Positions 52,010 to 63,600 of a stretch of DNA of 64,000 nucleotides are shown piece after piece. The first letter of the stretch is position 1, and the number at the start of each line of letters is the position of its first letter. The translations under genes and the position numbers were made by a program. The DNA is taken from contig CATNEN010000001.1 in NCBI GenBank assembly GCA_950097015.1, positions 18,662,001 to 18,726,000 on the forward strand, written 5' to 3'. The notes under the pieces are model-generated. The model did no database searches, was not told the DNA's origin, and worked only from the letters and a program-made list of their open reading frames with translations. The DNA is from Macrostomum hystrix. Its lineage: Eukaryota; Animalia; Platyhelminthes.

Positions 52010-54138
52010 ATGGCCTCACACTTTGCCTGCCCAGCATGTGACGACGGAAAGCTATTCCGTTCTGACAATCTCCGGTGTCATATGGCCGAAAAACATCATG
52101 CCAAACAGGAGGCAATGGATGAGACCCTTAAGTATTTGCACGCCAGATCGAAGCCTGGAGTATTGATGTGTACGTTGTGCACATGTTTCAGGCTTCGAGC
52201 TGGCCTGAGAGAACACTTGAGAATAAACCATGGGCAAACACCAGCCCAGATAAAAGAAATTTTCACATCCTCAAATATTGGAAGACTATTCAAAAGAGTA
52301 TTTGACATCTTTTGAAGATATTTTGGCCAGCGGTGCCTGGCCTGAATGTCTACCCCCGCACCCTGCTGCCAAAGGCCAGGCAAGCCCTGAAGGCGCCACA
52401 AATGAAGTCTCCAACACTGCTGGGCGAAAAAGGCGGCGTATAGACTCGGCGGCTCTGGTCTCTGGTAAGTTTTGTTTTGAAAATTAGGCTTACTTGCATG
52501 CAAATTTTATTAATTTTATGCCAAGAATTCCAATAACTTGCGATAAAAATCTGTATATATTTTAACAATATCATGTGAACCATCTCATTTTAACTTTCAA
52601 CAGACTAGTGGCCAAATTGCTGAGGCCTACAGCCTCCTGCGGCAGGCCGTTAAAGAGGCTGGGCTGAAGGTAACTGTGGGTTGCTGTTAAATATATTGAT
52701 TGTAAATTGCTGTTCGTCATTACTTACTCTAGCTATGAAAGATAAATTATGAATTTTTACACTGGCTAACTCTGGCACGAAATGCCCCACACTTTGATTC
52801 ACAGCTTTCAGAGAACCTAGAAGAAAGGTGCAGACACGCCGATAATCTATTACGGCAGGCTGGCCAAGCCAATGGCGCTGAGGCCACAGCCGCCGCCACA
52901 GCTGCCGCCACAGCCGCCGCCACAGCCGCCGCCACAGCCGTCGCAGCAGCATCGGACGAAACTGTAAGTCTTCTGGATATGCAAAACACTTCTTACTAAA
53001 TTAGTTACTGGCAAAATGCGTCACCCACTTGAGTGTTCCTGACAGTTACTTTATTTTTTTCAGCTTAAGCTTCTAGCACGTCTGCTGGCCGAAAGGCCAC
53101 GGAAAGTCGTTTCCCAGCGCCGAGGCATCAAGCTCACTGCGGAGCACATACAGATCTTGTGCTCTCGGCGCTGGTTCGACGACGTGCTCATTAATTTTTT
53201 TGTCATGCGTCGCGCATTCTAAAGTGTACCCTTTTCTAACAAAATTTTCGGAAGCGCTAATAAATGGAAACAGTGTTTCCGCTTTTACGAAGAGGGTAAG
53301 TTAAAAATCAATTCCGCTTTATCTTATTATTCAATCGCTTACAGCCTGTGTTATGTTAAGATATGAATTTTTTTTAATAAGTTGACATTATTAAGGTCCT
53401 GAAATTTCATACTCAGGTGAACATATTTGACTACGATCTTCTAAAAATGCCAACGAACACCGGCCAGCATTGGATGCTGCACGCCATTGATATGCGCGCA
53501 AGAAAGGTGCTCGTAGCCGACAGCGTGCTGTCCCTAGGCCGGCCGTCCACCAACCATCTCATTTTACATTTTTTGGGCGCTGAAGCGCGAAGGCAGCAGC
53601 GCCCACACGTGCATTTTGAAGAAGCGCAGATGGATGTATTGCAACAGGAGAACGGATATGACTGCGGCGCATTTGTGTGCCTCTTCGCCGAGGCATTATG
53701 CCGCGGACAGCAGCTTGCCCAGTTAGTCCAGGTAAATATTTTTTGCAAATAAATATCTGCATCCTTTAGTAGTGGGTTTGGCGAAATACTGGCGCAGAAT
53801 AGAACCTCTATTAAAAACAAAAAATAAATAAAAGCACCAGTGAATGATCAAATTCAGAATTTCGATGCATTAGCGCAGGGCAAACTAGATTAAACTGCTG
53901 CTTACAATGCACCTTTTGTGTAATTACAATTTCGGGCTAAGAAAATCCTATTTAACTTATAATCCGTTTAAACGCAAATAATCACCCGTTTCTGAAATCA
54001 GGACGAGCATCCCAGGACGAAGATTTTGACCACAATTCTAAAAACAATAATTAACAATAAAAACCATTTACATTTCAGAGCAGATCACCATACAGACTTA
54101 CAGCATCCCCTGATGTATATGCCATGTGCTCAGCGTGA
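52010..54138 (+). pseudogene. Double-C2H2-module + Ulp1/SENP (C48) SUMO-protease-like gene, multi-exon, frameshifted
   Basis: Exon 1 from ATG 52010: CPAC..RSDNLRCH..H / CTLC..LREH..H /fs ~52275/ EYLTSF..PPHP, donor 52465. Small exons ~52604-52669 and ~52805-52963. Exon 53064-53295: RRWFDDVLINFF../fs/..FTKR. Exon 53417-53731: GQHWML, VADS, QQENGYDCGAFVC (His-Asp-Cys triad intact). Probable last exon from ~54079. Confidence 0.82.
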
Positions 54139-54584
54139 CGCCAGCGAACGCGAACGTTTCTCTGCTGAGAGGCAGCGTAATTAACAATTACCAAAAATTA
54201 CCTCAATTCACTGACTATGCTGTTTTATATTTACGTTTTTAGTTTTTAATGCGCCTTATGCAACATGACTTCCAATTAAATCTTTAATTTTACTGTATTT
54301 TTTATCAATATTTTGTAAATATTTATTAGATTACGTTCTAGCATTTTTTACTTTTAATTTTAATTTTAATTGCCAGCATTTCTGCCACGTATCTTTCTTG
54401 CATTTTTTACTATTAATTTTAATTTTAATTGCCATCATTTCTGCCAAAGCTGCCATGTGTTCTTTCTTGCATTTTTTTATTATTAATTTTAATTTTAATT
54501 GCAACCATTACGTTTTACTTTTTTAATTGTAAATAAAATTTGCAACTTTTATTTTTATTCCCTTAAGAATAGCATGCAGTGCTT

Positions 54585-56312
54585 GATCAATATTAGTTAC
54601 TTAACTGCTTCACATTACTTACTAATTTTCTTACATCAATATTACTTACTAAACTGCCACACATTAGTTACTAAATTTGTTACTGTTACACGATTAGGCA
54701 AATAGATGTGATGGAATTAATTTCTATTGAACGACATACAACCAGAGTCCTATAAAAGTCTACAGAGTGTCTACAGTTGACTTTCGCGTCAGAAAAGTAC
54801 GCTGACCTTGAGTAACATTACTTACTGAACTGCCACACATTACTTACTAAATTTGTTACTGGTACACGATTAGGCAAATAGATGTGATGGAATTCATTTC
54901 TATTGAACGACATACAACCAGAGTCCTATAAAAGTCTACAGGCAGTGTCTACAGTTGACTTTCGCGTCAGAAAAGTACGCTGCCCTTGATCAAGATTAGT
55001 TACTAATCTGCTACACATTACTTACTAAATTTCTTACTAACACAAAAATAAGCAAGTATATGTGATTGCAATTCGTTCTTATTCAAGCTTCGTGCTACCA
55101 AAGTCCTTTAAAATATTTCACGGACTTCAGAGAAGAGCAACACGCTTTTTTGAAGGCTGCATAACCTGGAAATAAAGTTGTACAAGGGCCCACACAAAGT
55201 TACCAAAACACTTACATTTTGGCAGCTTGACTTAAAACGGAAAAGTTTTGTTTCTGAAACTAAATAAAATTACTGTGACCAGTAAGTTATACCTCTATAC
55301 GCCTAAACATTTAATTCAGACTTATAAAAGGTACAAAAAATTATTTAAAAAATATTTTTTTCTTATTTTCTCAAAAAACGGATAGGACATTTACATGCGC
55401 AAATTGAGCTACTTATATAGTAGTCCAAATAGCATGTTTGTAATAATGTTTTTTTATCCGAAATATTTATTAGCTATGTAAAATTTTTCGCAGGCAAACA
55501 GTTTAAAGGTTGGTATATCAGTTTAGTTATCACTGACAATAATTTCCTGCTTTATTGAGCACAAACATGCAGGACTAAAAAGCTGCCAAAAGTGAAACAT
55601 TTGCTATGTTGAAACTTAGTGATGAAATATGGCCATAACTTTTAATAATTGACTATTAGGTACGACAGCTAGGACTCTCACTATCAGCTTCTGAAGTATA
55701 AAGTAACTATTGTACTAAAAAGTATTCTTTAAATATCCGGAGTGTCTACAGTGAGCGTTTGCATCAGAAAAGTACGCTGACCTTGATTAACATTACTTAC
55801 TAAACTACCACACATTAATTACTAAATGTGTTACTGGTACACTAGAAGGCAAGAATATGCGATGCAATTGGTTTGTATTGATTGTACAATCAAACTCCTC
55901 TCGAAATATAAAGATAGTGTCTACAGACGGCTTTTGCATCAGAAAAGTACAATGACCTTGATTAACATTACTTACTAAACTGCAACACATTAGTTACTAA
56001 ATTTGTTACTGGTACACTAGTAGGCAAGATTACGTGATGTAATTCATTTTTATTTAAAGACATACAACTAAAATCCTATAAAAGTCTACAGAGTGTCTAC
56101 AGTTGACTTTCGCGTCAGAAAAGTACGCTGACCTTGATCAATATTACTTACTAAAGACCACACATTAGTTACTAAATTAGTTACTGGTACACTATTAGGC
56201 AAGTAGATGTGATGGAACTCAATCCTATTGAACGAAATACAACCAAAGTCCTATAAAAGTCTACAGACAGTGTCTACAGTTGACTTTCGCGTCAGAAAAG
56301 TACGCTGCCCTT
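54585..56312. repeat. ~176-bp tandem repeat, ~6 copies, interrupted by ~600 bp at ~55140-55740
   Basis: ATTACTTACTAAACTGCCACACATT...CAGAAAAGTACGCTGACCTTG at ~54641, 54817, 54996, 55792, 55967, 56143. Confidence 0.9.
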
Positions 56313-58724
56313 CGTCAAGTCACTGATGGATTATCTATTGACTGGAAAAAGCGGCACCACTCTGGCGCCAATAGCGCCAAGGCTGGAGCCCCGGGAACTT
56401 GGCCCTGACACCCTAGGAATTTCGAGTCAATTATTTCACTTTGCAGCGGCGTCTGCCACTAGACAGCGGAGACACATCTAGCAACGCGCAATGCATCGTT
56501 GCAACGATGGAAGCCTGGGCTACACTGTGCGCTAGTCGGCCAGTCGGAATCTGACACTTGGCGAATTTCTATACTCTATACTACTTCTAGTACAAGGTAA
56601 GGGGCTATTTTAGGTGTTTTTTACTGCAGCGACTTTAGATTGCGTCGGACGGTCTCGCGACCGTCCAATTCCGACTCTACGCATTGAAATACAGCGGACT
56701 AGGTGTCTTTGATTTTTCAAAAGTGTCTCGCCTAAATTTTTCCACTCAGGGGTCTAGGGACATGACTGTCGACTTTCGGGAAGTCACTCTGTCCCTTTGG
56801 AATCTAGGTGGCGCTTAAATCCGATGATGTCAATTTGATAGAGCCATCATCAGAGCTTTCCAACGACACCAAGAACGTCGAGAAAGACCTAAGGGAAAGC
56901 TGGCAACTTGGTCTCAAAGTGTCGGGGTACCCTACGGACTGAGTGGTGAGTCAATTATTACACTTTGCGGCGCCGGCTGACAGTCGATAAGGGTGGCGCA
57001 TCTAGCGACGGAACAAACGCCACTCGACGCGTTGATAGATGGCATGCCCTTCTAGCTTCATAGGCCCATAGCTTTATAAACAGTTAAAACCCTTTTACTT
57101 AAAGAGCACCTTATTTTTACAATATCGTATTAGATTAATAATTAAAGACAATCTTAACTACAGAATACACTAAAATATTTTAGTTACTAAATAATTATAG
57201 AAATCACAGACAAAACCCTAAACGATAGGACAACCATATTAGAATATGAATAATGCGCGAAGACGTTATTCAGAAAACGGCACTTTGTATTCTTACCAAA
57301 AACATTCAAGAGTGATGAAAATAAAGAGCTAAGAGAAATATGCAATTTCTTTGGAGAGACTAAGCGTAACATACCCACTGCCGAACCAACTAACTTTAAA
57401 TAGAACGTTCGAGTGAAAAGTGGTTCGATCGATATTACGCTCTCGTTGAAACGACAATTTCTATTGGTGGACGAAAAAGTAGTAGTATTTTATCTCACTT
57501 CGTTCATATTCTTACTTTTATGCTTACTTAAAGTAGGCATACATGTTTCTTCGCGGATTTGTGACTACAACGTGAACAAAGGATCGATATTTATTGGAGA
57601 TGCGATCAAAAGAAACGATACAACGATGATTGATAGTATTTTAATATATTATTAGTTATTGAATGATTCATAATGAATTATTTAGAAAAACTTATACTCG
57701 AAGTGAAAATATCAATTACAATGTGTGAGGAATACGCACGTCCGCTTCAACTATGGAAAAGTCAAAGCCCTTTCATGGCTACAAATAAAAGATATTTAAA
57801 TTTTCGTGCAAATATCCACTCCAGCTGGATTCACAATCCTCTATCCACAAAAATTAAACCCAGTGTAAATTTATTGCTCTGTTTATTATTTTTAAGTGAA
57901 ACTTAATACTTAGGACATGTAACTGAACAAGTGGTAAAGGTAGAACATATAAGTCCACAAGTATAAAGGATAAATCTGTGAGTACAATTTTACAACTGTG
58001 CATGTTTAAGTCGAATATTCAGTTCCCGTAATGTCTTATGCTTACCATCTTTCGAATTAGCCAAAAGTTAAAACGGCCCTTTTTAGGTCAATAGAAGTGA
58101 ATTAACTGAAAACAGATGAATGTGTGTGTTTCCTAAATAATTCTAAAGGACAGAAGTTCTGAAATTTTAGACACAAGAATTAAAAAAATATTTTATGGTT
58201 CTTTTTTAGAAAAACCGAACATAACAAATATTCCGTTTCATTTTATTTTACGCTTGTCGTTGGATTCGTTCCATGCCTGAGTTTCCCTGCGAATACACTT
58301 GCTTTACCCTGTTTTACCCTACAACATGATCAGGTCATCAATTTACGCACTACACATCAATATAGTTTCTTGTGTGTGAAATTTCGTACTTTTTTACCCT
58401 ATCAGCCCCACGGATGATAGAAAAAAAACTGAAGCCAGAACCGATGGAAAAGAAGGCACAACAGTTACGGGAAAAAGACAAATGGAAGCCGTAGGTAAAG
58501 TTGTTATATAATTAATCTAAAAAATGGGTTCGCGCTTTCTGTGAAATCAGGCGGCTACTTATTTCATTCAAGCTTGAGGAAAAACAATAATTGGCAAGGA
58601 AATACCGTATCATCATCAAAAGACGAAAAGGCTTTGGGTTGCTTGTTGTTCTGTTTTGTTTAAAAGAGCAATTTCTCAGAAATGATTTTTGTTTCATTGC
58701 TGTCCCGATGCGTTTCTTCAGCGT

Positions 58725-59703
58725 TCATTCGTCATCCTTGCCTCGCTTGATGAGATTGGTGAATTTGTTATAGTCCATCTTGCCGGCTGTAATTGGAGCC
58801 TCCTTCCAGGTCTGACGAATTTCCTCCTCACTGAAGTTGTCGCCCATGTTCTTCATCAGATCTTTGAAGCTGCAATGATGGATCACGTTAAGAATAAACA
58901 GCCATTGCTGCGGCCCTGTTTTTTTATCGTACGAGTACTTTAAGAGCACAAACTGGAGCACAATAATGTCGCCGACTCACTACTCCTCGTCCAGCATGCC
59001 TGTATTGGCGTCGTCGAACATCTTGAAGGCGTTGCGCAGCGCGTCTTCAGGGTCTGAGCCAGTCAGCCGTTCGCCGAAAATCTGCAGGAAGGCTGTGAAG
59101 TTGAGCGGACCAGGCGACTCTTTCAGCATCTCCTGCAGCTCCTTGTCTGTTGGCTGGCGGCCTTGAGAATTATTTGAAAGCAGACTGCTATTTATTTCAA
59201 AATGATGTCTCTGATGCAAGTGTCCCAACTGAATGAGGCAAAGCAGTCATGAACTCACCTAGGGAGGCGTACATGTCCTTTAGATCCTCCACGTCGATGA
59301 ACCCGTCCCGATTCTGGTCGATCATAGTAAAAGCCTGAATGATTTATTTAGAGAAAGGCTCATGGATTTTTGGGAGCCACTGTGAGACATGAAACTAAAG
59401 AATCTCTCCCCATTTACCTCCTTAAACTCTTGCACCTGGGTTTGCGAAAATGCGGCGAAAACGTTCGAGGTAGCCCGCTGAGCTCGTTTGCCTTCCTGCT
59501 TCTGCATGGTGAGCGGGGGAAATTGGTGGGTCGAAGGGGATTATCAAGTTTTAAAGGTTTTGATATTTGCATAGGGATTAAGAGATAGGTGATGGACTAG
59601 TTGAGTCGGGGGGCTGACGAGGAAATTCGGATAATCATTTGGGATATTCATGCTGAAATTCAGAGCGGCAGTGGAGCTAGCACAGACTCACATCGTCAGC
59701 CAT
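58725..59703 (-). CDS. Myosin regulatory light chain (EF-hand), 165 aa; coding exons 59703-59692, 59501-59418, 59334-59259, 59161-58981, 58869-58725
   Basis: All introns GT-AG and phase-consistent (12+84+76+181+145=498 nt). [63 protein letters not shown]...GPLNFTAFL...-..GKDDE. Non-coding upstream exon ends at 59821 (intron 59820-59745). Confidence 0.96.
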
Positions 59704-60659
59704 TGTTATACTCAGACCTGCTTTCGTTCAGACCAGCTCAACTTCTGAAAAATTAGAAATAACTCTCGGATCAACAGGCAAGTCAGCACTAAGAATCGAC
59801 TAAGATACACGCAAACTTACAGGAAGGTTCCTTCGGCAAACTCTGGCAGGGCCGCAGCGGTTAGTCTGGCGCGGCGAATGACAGTCTTTTATTAGGGAGA
59901 ATTTCCGCATTAAAATGTGACACCAGCTGACTGGTCGCTGTGGGCCGGGAGGCTGAGGTGGTTGGGCAGAGGTTCATTGCTGGAGTTCTGCGCTAGGGTG
60001 GCAGCAGTTGGTTAGATTTGGCCCTGCACGCTTGCGTGCAATTCAAGCGGGGTGGGTGGGCTAAAATCGATGCCTCCTAAAGGTTGCAGTTGCAAGGGGT
60101 TCCGGCTGCTGTGACGGTGGGGCATCGCGATCTTCGCGACCGCATGCGGGCCGCAATGGCCAGTGTGTGCCATTTGCAGCATTTGTTAGAATTTCATACA
60201 AGCGTCTTGCGCAGCTGCGTCTATGCTTGCCGAAAGGTTGGCGCAATCAACATCTGACATTTCAAATTTCCCCAGTGTCAGCTAACACTGCGCCTACAGT
60301 GCGACATCAGCTCTCAATGCAACTTTTTAGATTCTTTTCATTTTTTATTTCATCCCCAAGAGCCCGAAGTTGAACATTGTTCCAGAATCTAAACATTGCT
60401 GGCGGGAAAATACTTCGTCAAACTATTGTAATTACTGGCTGGAGCAGACCTGACTCAGGTAGACCAAAAGAAAGATCAGGTAGACCAGGTAGTCGAACTT
60501 TTCGTCTTGAAAGCAAGCTTGAAATTTTGCTTCGTTAAATTTTGCTCTGTTTGTTCTGTTTGTATTGTTTGTACTGTTAAAATGCATTGACACTAAATTG
60601 GAATGTTAAATAACAATGCAATACAATATTATTTACTTAAAATAATAAGCTGCTATATA

Positions 60660-63600
60660 GAGGTGTTACTCATCAACTATGCTCTTTAACACAACTGTTA
60701 GACAAATGTGTTACACAAATCTGCTCTTAAACACAACTGTTAGATAAATGTGTTACAAAATCTGCTATTCTGTACGGCTGTTAAATAAATGTGTTACACA
60801 ACTCTGCTATTCTGTACGGCTGTTAGATAATTGTGTTACACAACTCTGCTATTCAGTACAGCTGTTAGATAATTGTGTAACACAACTCTGCTATTCAATA
60901 CAGCTGTTAGATAAATGTTACACAACTCTGCTATTCAGTACAGCTGTTAGATAATTGTGTAACACAACTCTGCTATTCAATACAGCTGTTAGATAAATGT
61001 TACACAACTCTGCTATTCAATACAGCTGTTAGATAAATGTTACACAACTCTGCTATTCAGTACAGCTGTTAGATAATTGTGTTACACAACTCTGCTATTC
61101 AATACAGCTGTTAGATAAATGTGTTACACAACTCTGCTATTCAGTACAGCTGTTAGATAATTGTGTAACACAACTCTGCTATTCAATACAGCTGTTAGAT
61201 AAATGTTACACAACTCTGCTATTCAATACAGCTGTTAGATAATTGTGTTACACAACTCTGCTATTCAATACAGCTGTTAGATAAATGTGTTACACAAATC
61301 TGCTATTCAATACAGCTGTTAGATAAATATGTTACACAACTCTGCTATTGAATACAGCTGTTAGATAAATGTGTTACACAACTCTGCTACTCAATACAGC
61401 TGTTAGATAAATGTTACACAACTCTGCTATTCAATACAGCTGTTAGATAAATGTTACACAACTCTGCTATTCAATACAGCTGATAGATAAATGTTACACA
61501 ACTCTGCTATTCAGTACAGCTGTTAGATAATTGTGTTACACAACTCTGCTATTCAATACAGCTGTTAGATAAATGTTACACAACTCTGCTATTCAATACA
61601 GCTGTTAGATAATTGTGTTACACAACTCTGCTATTCAATACAGCTGTTAGATAAATGTGTTACACAACTCTGCTATTCAATACAGCTGTTAGATAAATAT
61701 GTTACACAACTCTGCTATTGAATACAGCTGTTAGATAAATGTGTTACACAACTCTGCTACTCAATACAGCTGTTAGATAAATGTTACACAACTCTGCTAT
61801 TCAATACAGCTGTTAGATAAATGTTACACAACTCTGCTATTCAATACAGCTGATAGATAAATGTTACACAACTCTGCTATTCAGTACAGCTGTTAGATAA
61901 TTGTGTTACACAACTCTGCTATTCAATACAGCTGTTAGATAATTGTGTTACACAACTCTGCTATTCAATACAGCTGTTAGATAAATGTGTTACACAAATC
62001 TGCTATTCAATACAGCTGTTAGATAAATATGTTACACAACTCTGCTATTGAATACAGCTGTTAGATAAATGTGTTACACAACTCTGCTACTCAATACAGC
62101 TGTTAGATAAATGTTACACAACTCTGCTATTCAATACAGCTGTTAGATAAATGTTACACAACTCTGCTATTCAATACAGCTGATAGATAAATGTTACACA
62201 ACTCTGCTATTCAGTACAGCTGTTAGATAATTGTGTTACACAACTCTGCTATTCAGTACAGCTGTTAGATAATTGTGTAACACAACTCTGCTATTCAATA
62301 CAGCTGTTAGATAAATGTGTTACACAACTCTGCTATTCAGTACAGCTGTTAGATAATTGTGTAACACAACTCTGCTATTCAATACAGCTGTTAGATAATT
62401 GTGTTACACAACTCTGCTATTCAATACAGCTGTTAGATAAATGTGTTACACAAATCTGCTATTCAATACAGCTGTTAGATAAATATGTTACACAACTCTG
62501 CTATTGAATACAGCTGTTAGATAAATGTGTTACACAACTCTGCTACTCAATACAGCTGTTAGATAAATGTTACACAACTCTGCTATTCAATACAGCTGTT
62601 AGATAAATGTTACACAACTCTGCTATTCAATACAGCTGATAGATAAATGTTACACAACTCTGCTATTCAGTACAGCTGTTAGATAATTGTGTTACACAAC
62701 TCTGCTATTCAATACAGCTGTTAGATAAATGTTACACAACTCTGCTATTCAATACAGCTGTTAGATAATTGTGTTACACAACTCTGCTATTCAATACAGC
62801 TGTTAGATAAATGTGTTACACAACTCTGCTATTCAATACAGCTGTTAGATAAATATGTTACACAACTCTGCTATTGAATACAGCTGTTAGATAAATGTGT
62901 TACACAACTCTGCTACTCAATACAGCTGTTAGATAAATGTTACACAACTCTGCTATTCAATACAGCTGTTAGATAAATGTTACACAACTCTGCTATTCAA
63001 TACAGCTGATAGATAAATGTTACACAACTCTGCTATTCAGTACAGCTGTTAGATAATTGTGTTACACAACTCTGCTATTCAATACAGCTGTTAGATAATT
63101 GTGTTACACAACTCTGCTATTCAATACAGCTGTTAGATAAATGTGTTACACAAATCTGCTATTCAATACAGCTGTTAGATAAATATGTTACACAACTCTG
63201 CTATTGAATACAGCTGTTAGATAAATGTGTTACACAACTCTGCTACTCAATACAGCTGTTAGATAAATGTTACACAACTCTGCTATTCAATACAGCTGTT
63301 AGATAAATGTTACACAACTCTGCTATTCAATACAGCTGATAGATAAATGTTACACAACTCTGCTATTCAGTACAGCTGTTAGATAATTGTGTTACACAAC
63401 TCTGCTATTCAGTACAGCTGTTAGATAATTGTGTAACACAACTCTGCTATTCAATACAGCTGTTAGATAAATGTGTTACACAACTCTGCTATTCAGTACA
63501 GCTGTTAGATAATTGTGTAACACAACTCTGCTATTCAATACAGCTGTTAGATAAATGTGTTACACAAATCTGCTATTCAATACAGCTGTTAGATAATTGT

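Noticed and set aside
1-57057. Endogenous virus or Polinton/Teratorn-type element
   Set aside because: No DNA polymerase, capsid, packaging ATPase, terminase or helicase motif was recognisable in this window; it cannot be excluded for complete copies elsewhere.
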